From: Candidatus Altimarinota bacterium
GTDB lineage: Bacteria > Patescibacteriota > Gracilibacteria > CAIRYL01 > GCA-016699755
DNA: 64,000 bases
Assembly (NCBI GenBank): GCA_963664295.1
Contig: OY760935.1
Coordinates: 1-64,000, forward strand
Reading direction: 5' to 3'
Positions within the stretch are counted from its first letter, which is position 1; every line of letters starts with the position of its first letter. Made by a program: the position numbers and the translations under genes. Positions 55,569 through 64,000 of the stretch are shown in pieces. Under the pieces are notes generated by a model, which was not told the DNA's origin, made no database searches, and worked only from the letters and a program-made list of their open reading frames with translations.

Positions 55569-56815
55569 ATAAATAATAATGAAATACCGCCAACAAGAAT
55601 TACAGTTGATAAAGTAATTAAGGAGGCTATTTTTAGTTTTTTGCCTCCAAAAAAGAACACAATAAGTATTTTTATGATTGTATTAGTCATTACAGCAATT
55701 GTGATTGCAGAAGCGCCTGTTTTAAAAGCAATTTCTCCTTGTTTTGTTAAGCTAGCAACCGAAAGAGTGATTGCATCTGTGTCAGCTAAGCCGGAAATTA
55801 TACTAGTTGCGTATAAGCCAGCATCACCAAGATGTTCTGGGATTATTTTTGCTGCTGATAAAATAATCATAAAAAACACACCAAACTTCAAGGCTTCGGA
55901 TAGCGAAAAAGGTTGAGAAATAATTTCTTTGTCTTTGTGTTTTGCTTTGCCTTTTTTAATGAGCGCAAATAGGCCAAAAATACCAGCACAAAAAGCCATA
56001 GCAAAAAGCGGAAAAGCTAGTTTGGTGGCTAATTCCGAATAAACAATTTCCGCTTCAATAAGCACACGCACATACATTATTGCATTAGCAAATAATATTC
56101 CTGCCAAAAATGGACCAACTATTTTTGGTGATTTTTTGTTCTGTGCAGAAAGGGAAGTCGTTACGGCAGTAGAAGAAACAAGTCCGCCAACCGCACCAGT
56201 AAGCACAATACTTTTTTTGTTTCCTAGAATTTTTGCCAGAAAAAATCCAACAAAACGAATGCCAGCAACCAAGACAACCATTAGCCAAACAACTTTTGGA
56301 TTAAATATTCCCCAAGGATCAATAGTTTCGTTTGGTAAAATTGGTAAAATAACTCCAGTAATAATTAAAAATTTCAAAATTGCTATAAATTCTTCAGGCT
56401 TAAAGTTTTTGGCTATTTTATGAAGATGAGTTTTTAAGGCAAGCAATAAGCTAAATAATATACTTACAATAATTGCAATAATTATTTCTTCCTTTGCTAC
56501 CAAGATGCCAATTAAAAAACAGGAAATAGCAGATATTTCCGTGGTTAATCCTGAGCATTTAAGCTTAAAAGCATTATAAGTGTAATTAATAATAGCAAAT
56601 AGAAAAACAACAAGAAAAATACTAATAACAATATTTGGCATTAAATATTTATCTTCCAGAAAAGTTGCCAAAAATCCCAAAGGACCAAGTACAGCAAAAG
56701 TTCGAAGGCCACCAAAGCCATTTTTTTTGCCGTGTTGAATATGCATTTCTCGCTCAAGACCAACAAGCGCAGAAAGTCCAAGAGAAATTAGTAATCCATT
56801 TATTATTTCTGTCAT
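55565..56815 (-). CDS. MgtC/SapB-family + DUF4010 membrane protein
   Basis: GLERE, GLRTF, GLTTE, GGLVSSTA and GLADTDAIT motifs. Confidence 0.88.
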   Translation of the reverse strand: MTEIINGLLISLGLSALVGLEREMHIQHGKKNGFGGLRTFAVLGPLGFLATFLEDKYLMPNIVISIFLVVFLFAIINYTYNAFKLKCSGLTTEISAISCFLIGILVAKEEIIIAIIVSILFSLLLALKTHLHKIAKNFKPEEFIAILKFLIITGVILPILPNETIDPWGIFNPKVVWLMVVLVAGIRFVGFFLAKILGNKKSIVLTGAVGGLVSSTAVTTSLSAQNKKSPKIVGPFLAGILFANAIMYVRVLIEAEIVYSELATKLAFPLFAMAFCAGIFGLFALIKKGKAKHKDKEIISQPFSLSEALKFGVFFMIILSAAKIIPEHLGDAGLYATSIISGLADTDAITLSVASLTKQGEIAFKTGASAITIAVMTNTIIKILIVFFFGGKKLKIASLITLSTVILVGGISLLFI

Positions 56816-56852
56816 AATTTAGGTAATTTTCCTTGCCATTTTCACACAATTT

Positions 56853-57680
56853 TTATTTTTTGGCTATTTTTTCAATTTTTTTAATTACTTTTTTTAATGA
56901 CTCTGTGGGAGTTGAAGCACCCGTAATTATCCCTACTTTGTTTATATTTTTAAACCAGCTTGTTTTTAGTTCGTTTTCTCCTTCTATTTGATGGGCTTTT
57001 GTAATTTTTTCACAAATTTCATAGATTTTTCTGGTGTTTGAGCTTGTTTTTCCGCCAACTACAATAACCAGTTCAACTTTTTTTGCTAGCCTTTTTGCAG
57101 AAAGTTGTCGTTCACGCACATCATTACAAATAGTTTCTTCAAAAACTAATTCCTCAGATTTTTCTTTTAATATTTCAATTATTTTATAAAATTTTTCTTG
57201 TTTTTCTGTGGTTTGTGCAAGTATTGCCAGTTTTTTTGTGAATGCCAGCTTTTTGGCTTCTTCTTCAGAAAAAATAACTATTGTTTTTGGATTATCTTCT
57301 GTAATTGCCTTTATTTCCGGATGATTTTTTTGACCAACAATAACGAGCTGATAGCCTTTTTCCGTAAACTCTTTTGCCTTTTGATGTAGTCTGATCACAA
57401 AAGGACAAGTTGCGTCTTCGATATTTTTTGCCCTTTTTTTAATTTTTTGAAGATTTTTTTGTGATATTCCATGAGCACGGATAACTACAGTTTCTGAGTT
57501 TATTTCTTCTATGTTTTTTGCAATTTTACCTTTGTTTTGTGTGATTTTTTTTAAAATTACGGGATTATGAATAAGAGGTCCAAAAGTTTGAAAATTAGTG
57601 CCAAAATGTTTTTTGGCTATATCAAAAGCCCTTTGAACTCCAAAACAAAAACCGGATTTATCTGCAATTATTATTTCCAC
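56853..57680 (-). CDS. ispH: 4-hydroxy-3-methylbut-2-enyl diphosphate reductase
   Basis: GFCFGV, IHN, RAHG, DATCP.V, QTT, TIC, SSN and GASTP motifs; GTG start. Confidence 0.96.
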   Translation of the reverse strand: MEIIIADKSGFCFGVQRAFDIAKKHFGTNFQTFGPLIHNPVILKKITQNKGKIAKNIEEINSETVVIRAHGISQKNLQKIKKRAKNIEDATCPFVIRLHQKAKEFTEKGYQLVIVGQKNHPEIKAITEDNPKTIVIFSEEEAKKLAFTKKLAILAQTTEKQEKFYKIIEILKEKSEELVFEETICNDVRERQLSAKRLAKKVELVIVVGGKTSSNTRKIYEICEKITKAHQIEGENELKTSWFKNINKVGIITGASTPTESLKKVIKKIEKIAKK

Positions 57681-57726
57681 GACTTGTTTTTTAACTTTTT
57701 ATAAAAATAAAAGCAAATAAAAATTT

Positions 57727-57735
57727 TTAGCACTC
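57727..57735 (+). promoter_or_regulatory. CIRCE half-site upstream of hrcA
   Basis: Exact TTAGCACTC left arm; no matching right arm at N9 spacing. Confidence 0.4.
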
Positions 57736-57831
57736 TCCAGTATCTATTTTATTTAGATTATTGGTTTTTGTTTCTGTATTGGCAAAAAATAAGCTGGCAC
57801 TTTTTTAATTTTTTTGGCAAAATTAAAAATA

Positions 57832-58551
57832 ATGAGAGACAGACAAAGAGAAATATTAAAGGCAATTATTAAGCTTTTTGTTGAAACTGCTAATCCTGTT
57901 GGCTCAAAAGCACTTGCGGAAATGAAAGAGTTTCCCTTTTCCCCTGCAACTATTCGTAATGAAATGCAGGCCTTGGAAAAAGAAGGTTATCTAGCTTCTC
58001 CTCACACTTCTGCAGGCAGAGTGCCAACCACATTTGGTTTTCGTTTTTATGTTTCCGATTTAACTACTGGGCAAATTGATCAATTTCGACCACAAATTGC
58101 TCGAGATTTTGCCAAAGCAAAAAAAGAATATTTTGATTCTAAAAAAGCGGATCAAAAGATTTTTGACACTGTCTCTATTCTTACAAGCCTGACCGAAAAT
58201 GTTGCTTTTGCAACAATGCCCTCAAGAAAAAGTACTTTTTTCCTTGGTGCTTCAAAAATGCTTTCTGAGCCAGAATTTTCAACAAGACCAGAGCTTGCCA
58301 GTAGTGTTTTTCGTGTTTTAGAGGATAATTTTTATGATTTATTAAAATCATTAGATTTATCCGAAGAAGTTCAGGTTTTTATTGGTCAGGAAAATATTAT
58401 TCCTGAAATTCAATCATGTACCTTGCTCGCTTCTTCTTTTGATGTTTTTGGTCATCAGGGAGTTTTGGGTATTCTTGGTCCTGTGCGTATGAATTTTGCT
58501 CGTAATATTTTGGCGCTAGAAGAAGCGCAAAAATTTTTAAAAGAAAAATAA
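57832..58551 (+). CDS. hrcA: Heat-inducible transcription repressor HrcA (short form)
   Basis: PVGSK, SPATIRNEM, PHTSAGRVPT, IGQEN and GILGPVRMN motifs; start set to ATG 57832. Confidence 0.95.
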   Translation: MRDRQREILKAIIKLFVETANPVGSKALAEMKEFPFSPATIRNEMQALEKEGYLASPHTSAGRVPTTFGFRFYVSDLTTGQIDQFRPQIARDFAKAKKEYFDSKKADQKIFDTVSILTSLTENVAFATMPSRKSTFFLGASKMLSEPEFSTRPELASSVFRVLEDNFYDLLKSLDLSEEVQVFIGQENIIPEIQSCTLLASSFDVFGHQGVLGILGPVRMNFARNILALEEAQKFLKEK

Positions 58552-58552
58552 A

Positions 58553-59794
58553 TTGAAAAAAATTTTATTAAAATTTTCAGCTTTTATTTATTGTTTATTA
58601 TTTGCTTTTCCTTTAGCTACTAATGCTTTTGGTTATTATGATTTTAAAGAATTTGTGCACAATTTTTGGGAGCAAATTTTTCCAGAGCCACTTGTAGATA
58701 TTCCAGAGCAAATTGATCCATTATTATACATAAAGCAAAATCAGAATTATGAATTTGAAATTTGGACTTATCAGTATGGTGAAGATGCTTTTACTTGGGC
58801 TGTTTCTAGTTTTGAGCAGGAATATCCAAATGTAAAAATAAATTTTAGAACTTATTCCACAGAAGAAAGTTTGTGGAACGCTTTGCAGCAAGGTGGTGAC
58901 TTGCCAGATATATTTATGATTAAAGATTCATGGTTGCCTTATATGTGGAATATTTCTTCGCCTGCGCCCAAAGATTTATATCAAATTTCCGATATAGAAA
59001 CAGGGTTTTTACCAGCTAGTAAAACAGCTTTTTGCACAGAAACAAAAGTGTGGGCAATTCCTCTTTATCTGCGGGTTTTTAAGATGTTTTATAACAGTAG
59101 TTTTTTAGAGGATGATCGCATTGCTCTTGGTGATAAACCTGGTGAAACTTGGGTTGAGTTTTTAAATAATAAAAATAAGTATGATGAATTAGGTAAGACA
59201 AAAACCAGTTTTGTTTCTGTGGGTGCAAAAGAAAATTATCCTTACACAAAAGATTTATTTATATTATTGCTTTTGCAGGGAGAAAGTGGAGATAATTTGC
59301 CAAATTCATCTGTTGCTTCTGATGCCTTGAATTATCTTACGCTTTTGTATACTCCATTTTTTGATAAAGAGGTTTCTTATTTAGATGCTTTTGAAAAAAA
59401 TCGTTTAGGGGTCACATTTTCTTATGATGAAATTGGAAATTTGTTTACGGGTGTGCCACAGTTAAATACAGAAAAACCTCTTTATTTAGCGGAAATGTGG
59501 GGCTTTGCAGTTTCTTCAAAAAGTAGCAATATTAACGAATCATGGGAAATTATTAAATTTTTAACAAACGAAAGAAATCGTAATGATTTTTTCTTAAAAA
59601 CCAATAAAAATTTAATAAATCCAGTTATTACCAATGAAAACAAAGATTTTTTAAACAAATTAGTAGTTGCAGGCAAATGGAACCATCCTGATTTTTTATC
59701 CATTTTTAATAAAAATTTCGAAAAATTGCTAAAAAAATACATAACAACTAAAGAAGCATTAATTAATTTTGATAATTTTTATAAAGAACTATGA
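58553..59794 (+). CDS. Extracellular solute-binding protein (family 1-like, divergent)
   Basis: Signal peptide; FEQEYPNVKI, PDIFMI...WL, WAIPL and WGFAVS..S.N..ESWE.IKFL motifs; TTG start. Confidence 0.78.
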   Translation: MKKILLKFSAFIYCLLFAFPLATNAFGYYDFKEFVHNFWEQIFPEPLVDIPEQIDPLLYIKQNQNYEFEIWTYQYGEDAFTWAVSSFEQEYPNVKINFRTYSTEESLWNALQQGGDLPDIFMIKDSWLPYMWNISSPAPKDLYQISDIETGFLPASKTAFCTETKVWAIPLYLRVFKMFYNSSFLEDDRIALGDKPGETWVEFLNNKNKYDELGKTKTSFVSVGAKENYPYTKDLFILLLLQGESGDNLPNSSVASDALNYLTLLYTPFFDKEVSYLDAFEKNRLGVTFSYDEIGNLFTGVPQLNTEKPLYLAEMWGFAVSSKSSNINESWEIIKFLTNERNRNDFFLKTNKNLINPVITNENKDFLNKLVVAGKWNHPDFLSIFNKNFEKLLKKYITTKEALINFDNFYKEL

Positions 59795-60267
59795 AAGAAA
59801 AAAAGCCAAAAAAAGACAAACAAGAGCAAAAAATAGCAGAATTAGAGCAAAAATTGTCAGAAAACGAAGAAAAATACCTTCGTTGTATGGCAGATTTGCA
59901 AAATGTGCGTCGTCGTGCACAAGAAGATCGTGTTGATTTAATACGCAATGGTAGCGAACAGGTAATAAAAAACCTTTTACCTGCATTGGACAACTTTGAT
60001 AGAGCATTGAAATCATTACCAGAAGACTTAAAAAATAATAACTGGATTACAGGTGTTGTAGCCTTGGAAAAGATTATTTTTGATACTCTTAAACAAGAGG
60101 GCTTAGAAGAAATCAATACAGCAGGTATAAAATTAGACACTAATATTCACGAAGCAGTAATGCTTGATGAAAAAGGGGAGTCAGGACTTGTTATTGAGGT
60201 CTTGGAAAAGGGCTATTTGCTCAATGGAAAGGTTTTAAGACCTGCAAAAGTAAAAGTTGGTAAATAA
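59791..60267 (+). CDS. grpE: Nucleotide exchange factor GrpE
   Basis: ADLQNVRRR, LLPALDNFDRA, HEAV and KGYLLNGKVLRPAKVKV motifs. Confidence 0.96.
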   Translation: MKEKKPKKDKQEQKIAELEQKLSENEEKYLRCMADLQNVRRRAQEDRVDLIRNGSEQVIKNLLPALDNFDRALKSLPEDLKNNNWITGVVALEKIIFDTLKQEGLEEINTAGIKLDTNIHEAVMLDEKGESGLVIEVLEKGYLLNGKVLRPAKVKVGK

Positions 60268-60322
60268 ATTTTGCGTTTTTTTAAAAAAGTAATATAATAA
60301 AAGTTGTTGCCTTTTGTAAAAT

Positions 60323-60877
60323 ATGAACATTGAAGCCTTTTTAGAGCACATCTACAAGGGACAAAAGCGGAAAACAGGTGAAAACTACACTAGTCATCTT
60401 TACGCAACAAAAAAAATTCTTGAAGAAGCAGGTGTCACAGATGAAACTATTCTTAAGGCTGCTTTATTGCATGACATAATCGAAGATACACAAATTAGTA
60501 AGGAATATTTAATACTTAAGTTTGGCGCAAGTGTTGTTAGAATATTAGAACTTCTTTCCAAGGAAGACATGTGGCATACATCATATTGTCGTGCAAAGGC
60601 TAATTTAGATGCAATGGAGGCCTCTTGGGTTAATTACCCAGAGGCCATTTTAATAAAAATGGCCGATCGTTTGCATAATTTGCAAACCATTGAAGGCTTT
60701 GGTCTTAAAAAACAAGGATCTTATTTAGCAGAGTCTAAAAACTTATTACTTCCTCTTTTTAAAGGTGTTTTAGTCAGGAATAATCTTGGTTATTTGCGAA
60801 ATCCTATTATAAAACTTTTAGATAGATTGGAGTGTGAGATAATGGAAATAGAAAAGCGTCTTTATGTTTCTATGTAA
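60323..60877 (+). CDS. Stand-alone RelA/SpoT-type HD hydrolase (small alarmone hydrolase/Mesh1-like)
   Basis: GQKRKTGENY..H, AALLHDIIEDT and IKMADRLHNL motifs. Confidence 0.88.
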   Translation: MNIEAFLEHIYKGQKRKTGENYTSHLYATKKILEEAGVTDETILKAALLHDIIEDTQISKEYLILKFGASVVRILELLSKEDMWHTSYCRAKANLDAMEASWVNYPEAILIKMADRLHNLQTIEGFGLKKQGSYLAESKNLLLPLFKGVLVRNNLGYLRNPIIKLLDRLECEIMEIEKRLYVSM

Positions 60878-60883
60878 TCAATT

Positions 60884-61618
60884 ATGCCAATTAATACAAA
60901 CGAAATCAGCGAGCTTTTAAGTATTAGCCCAGGAGCAACAGATGTTTATATTGAATTACTAACTCATGGCGAGCTTTCTGCTAAACAGCTTGATATGTTT
61001 ATGCAGTATACGCCAAAAGAAATTAAGCCAGCTATTAAAGAACTAAAAGAAAAAGGACTAATCACTAAAATTAACTCTATTGATGACACGGAAATTTATC
61101 ATGCTCTTTCTCTTTTGCAACTAGAGGAGAAGATGGAAAGAGAGAGAACAGTATTGAGTAGCTTGAAAAAAATTATTCTTCCTCGCTTGCAAAATCCAGA
61201 AAAACTTGGAATTGTTAAGTATGAAGGCTGGGAAGGTATTCGCAGGGTTTATGTGGAGATTTTGGAAGAAGCTATAAATACAGGTGAAAATATTATTGCC
61301 TTTGAGTCCAATGTTGATAAGTCTGATATTGGAGAGTTATTTCTTAAAAACTACATTGATAAAAGAATTAAAAGCAAGGTTAAGGCTTTTGTGATAAGTC
61401 CATTAACTGAAATGGATAAAAAATATAAAGATAGATATCAAGGTGAATACACTGAAGCAAAGCTGTTAAGTGATTTTCCTATTGACGCCAGTATTAATGT
61501 TGTGGGTAATCTTGTGATGACATTTTCTGTTGATAATCCCAGAGGTACATTAAGAAGAAATCTCGCTGAAGCAAACACTTGGCGAGCTATTTTTTGGGAA
61601 ATTTGGCATAAAAATTAA
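60884..61618 (+). CDS. TrmB-family transcriptional regulator
   Basis: N-terminal wHTH (VYIELL..G...L.EKGLI), YEGWEGI and C-terminal F.EIW. Confidence 0.8.
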   Translation: MPINTNEISELLSISPGATDVYIELLTHGELSAKQLDMFMQYTPKEIKPAIKELKEKGLITKINSIDDTEIYHALSLLQLEEKMERERTVLSSLKKIILPRLQNPEKLGIVKYEGWEGIRRVYVEILEEAINTGENIIAFESNVDKSDIGELFLKNYIDKRIKSKVKAFVISPLTEMDKKYKDRYQGEYTEAKLLSDFPIDASINVVGNLVMTFSVDNPRGTLRRNLAEANTWRAIFWEIWHKN

Positions 61619-61622
61619 AACT

Positions 61623-62780
61623 TTATTTACCTAAGCATCTTTTTTGCCACATTGAAGTATTTTTTCTTTTTGCTAAAGGGTCTGTTAAGTCTGGAAAGTT
61701 TAAAGTTTCTGCTTCACCTCGTTGCAAAACCTTAAGTACGTTTTGCAATGAATCACCCATAATCATTTCTAGTAAGTGTTTAGGATTATCAAAAATTTCT
61801 TGAAATTGTTGATAATCAGCTATTCCTGATGGAAGCATTGTTGTTTCTGTGATACCTGACTGAATTAGTCCAGCCCTAATCATTTCAGATGTATGCTTTG
61901 GGAATGTTGGCGCATAGCGTATATGATACGGAAAACCGCCAGCTTTTTGGTGAACATAATTAGAATAATTAGTTACTATCATGTTTTGGTTTTCTCCTTC
62001 CAATAATTCTTTTTCTTGTAAAACAGCAAAAGTTTTTGCTCTTAGCCAATAAAAGAAGCCAGTTGAACTATCAGGTATATCTTCTATAAAAAATCCTTTT
62101 TGTTTTAATATTTTTACAATGTTTTTATATAGTGTTTCTCTTTTTTTTCTTAATGCCTCTGTGCTACTAAAGTCTGCTATTTCTGGGGTCACAAACCACC
62201 ATGCAAATATTGCGTCAAATGTTTCCTCCATTACTTCTGCGACTTCGACTATATCCCCAGTTTGATATTTTATATCAATGCCCTCTATGTTTTCAGGATT
62301 ACTAGTGTTAAATGCTTCCATTAATCTTGTTCGTGTTTTTTCTATATGCTGATCTAGGAGATCATTGAAAACTATTTCTTTAAACCCTAGTTTTGTTGCA
62401 ATTGCGACCTCAAAAGGGGCTAATCTTCCTGGTCCACAACCAACAATGAAAACATTTTCAGGGTCTTTGTTTTGTTTTTGTTTTATGTTTGTGGTAATTT
62501 CTGCAAAGAATTTAATTAAATTTTTAACATCACAAATAAAATGAGGTAATCCATGTTTTTCTAGGTCAAGTGATGTATATGCGGCTTCTAATAATTCTAA
62601 ATATCTTTGTGGTGTTAATTCTAATTCATTTTGAGGACCAAAAATAAAATCAACCGCAGTTTTTATTGGCGTTAATTGTAAAGCAGGGTTTGTTGTACCT
62701 GTTTTGATTGCTTTTTCAAGTTCTTCTTCTGCAAAGTGGCCTTCTTTATCTGTAGTAATTTTATTACTTGTATTTTTCAT
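61623..62780 (-). CDS. Class I SAM-dependent methyltransferase
   Basis: IVGCGPGR, FNDL, GDI, FDAIF and LKQKGFFIED motifs. Confidence 0.75.
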   Translation of the reverse strand: MKNTSNKITTDKEGHFAEEELEKAIKTGTTNPALQLTPIKTAVDFIFGPQNELELTPQRYLELLEAAYTSLDLEKHGLPHFICDVKNLIKFFAEITTNIKQKQNKDPENVFIVGCGPGRLAPFEVAIATKLGFKEIVFNDLLDQHIEKTRTRLMEAFNTSNPENIEGIDIKYQTGDIVEVAEVMEETFDAIFAWWFVTPEIADFSSTEALRKKRETLYKNIVKILKQKGFFIEDIPDSSTGFFYWLRAKTFAVLQEKELLEGENQNMIVTNYSNYVHQKAGGFPYHIRYAPTFPKHTSEMIRAGLIQSGITETTMLPSGIADYQQFQEIFDNPKHLLEMIMGDSLQNVLKVLQRGEAETLNFPDLTDPLAKRKNTSMWQKRCLGK

Positions 62781-62845
62781 TCAAAACTAATCAGAGTAGT
62801 CTATAGTAATATATTTTTTTTAAAAGTCAAGTCTTTTTATGGTCA

Positions 62846-62882
62846 TAAAATCAAATGACTATCTTTTTGTCATTTGATTTTA
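62846..62882. terminator. 14-bp perfect inverted repeat downstream of ileS (terminator or operator)
   Basis: TAAAATCAAATGAC-N9-GTCATTTGATTTTA. Confidence 0.55.
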
Positions 62883-62913
62883 ATATTTTTTAAATGAATA
62901 TTAGATGAATTGA

Positions 62914-63999
62914 TTATTTTTTTATTCTTAGGACAATCGTTATTCCTTCTATTTCTACTTCTTTTTCAAGATCGACTTCATTTAATTGCTGGTCTATTTT
63001 ATCTGCTAAAATTTCTTTTGCAACCCATTTTTCATATTTTTTTATAATTTCATCTGCACCGCTTATTTCTGCGCTTATTCGATCATTGATATTATAGTCG
63101 GCTTCTTTGCGCATGTCTTGTAAGTGGCGAATGATTTCACGCACAAAACCTTCTTCTTTTAGCTCGTTGCTTAGTTCTGTGTCTAATGCTACTACAATAC
63201 CTTCTGCGCTTTCTACTTCAAATCCTTCTTTGCCAAGATAGGCAATTTCCAGTTCATCTGGATTTAATATATGGTCACCGACTTGAATTTTTCCGTCTTT
63301 TAGTTCAGAAAAATTACCTTTTTTTGCTTCTATAATTACATTTTGCACCTCTTTACCAAGGCGAGGTCCAAGCTTTCTTGCGTCTGGCTTGGCTATTTTT
63401 TGTGCTATTTCTTCAGGATTATTTAATATTTCGATTTCTTTAATATTTAATTCTTCTTTTATTAATTCTTCATTATCTGTGATTATTTTTTTGCTCAAAC
63501 GAGGAGGGAGTGCAATTTGTGCTTTTTGTAATGGTTGGCGTACGCGAATTTTTGAGCTGGCGCGTACAGCAAGCCCAAGGGAGATAATAGTACGAATTGC
63601 ATTTATTTCTTCTCTTAACGCTGAGTCGTCATCAAATTGTTTATAATCTGGCCAGTCGCATAAATGAACACTTTCTGGGGCATCTGGAGTTTTTTTAACA
63701 AGTTCTTGATAAATTGCCTCAGGGAACATTGGCGAAATTGGTGCTAATGCTTTGCAAACTGTGATTAATATTGTGAACAAGGTTTCAAAAGCACTGTTTT
63801 CTTCGTCCCAAAATCTGCGTCTGCTTCTGCGAATATAGAAATTAGTTAATTTGTCTAAAAATTCAGGAATTTCACGGCAGGCATTGTCTATATAATAGTT
63901 ATCCATGTGTTCTGTGAAGTTTTTTAGGAATTCTCTTAGCTCTGCCAAAATCCATTTGTCGAGTTTATTGTCTGGTTTTTTGCCTGTTAATTCCCATTT
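62914..63999 (-). CDS. ileS: Isoleucine--tRNA ligase type 2, C-terminal part (5' end outside the window)
   Basis: LDKWIL, NFYIRRSRRRFW, SVHLCDWP, KIRVRQPL, EELNIKE and EGFVRE...QDMRK motifs; frame open to the window edge. Confidence 0.95.
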   Translation of the reverse strand, partial: KWELTGKKPDNKLDKWILAELREFLKNFTEHMDNYYIDNACREIPEFLDKLTNFYIRRSRRRFWDEENSAFETLFTILITVCKALAPISPMFPEAIYQELVKKTPDAPESVHLCDWPDYKQFDDDSALREEINAIRTIISLGLAVRASSKIRVRQPLQKAQIALPPRLSKKIITDNEELIKEELNIKEIEILNNPEEIAQKIAKPDARKLGPRLGKEVQNVIIEAKKGNFSELKDGKIQVGDHILNPDELEIAYLGKEGFEVESAEGIVVALDTELSNELKEEGFVREIIRHLQDMRKEADYNINDRISAEISGADEIIKKYEKWVAKEILADKIDQQLNEVDLEKEVEIEGITIVLRIKK

Positions 64000-64000
64000 T

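Overview
An AT-rich bacterial chromosome segment read in genetic code 11. Its gene content suggests a CPR/Patescibacteria organism, possibly Peregrinibacteria/Gracilibacteria-like (inference): alpha2-type GlyRS, type-2 IleRS, mostly SD-less starts, large Ig/dockerin surface proteins, pilT/comF and MEP genes. Most of the window is housekeeping: glyQS, groES/groEL with a CIRCE box, rpmG, secG, rplI, guaA, PBP1A, recR, dxr, ispH, hrcA, grpE, partial ileS and three tRNAs. The best candidate for an undescribed system is a compact RiPP-like operon on the minus strand at 45123-47941. It holds a 21-aa ORF missed by the ORF track (47823-47888, MKKAYTAPQTRSKKQASAQCN; YxxP leader motif, 12-nt Shine-Dalgarno, flanking hairpins), a radical SAM/SPASM enzyme, a PqqD/RRE-fused radical SAM/SPASM enzyme and a GNAT acetyltransferase. 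Second, tRNA-Ile2 and tRNA-Gly are each followed by a ~180-bp structured element with the same layout: hairpin, antisense copy of the tRNA 3' half, repeat-flanked hairpin core, then a direct repeat of the tRNA 3' end. Also notable are a tRNA-Gly pseudogene, a type II R-M pair in an accessory stretch after tRNA-Ile2, a surface protein with a GPS-like HL|TxF motif, a 2060-aa dockerin-bearing repeat protein, a stand-alone C-terminal half of CarB and a DnaQ fused to a degenerate DinG. All family calls come from motif recognition by eye; no database search was run.
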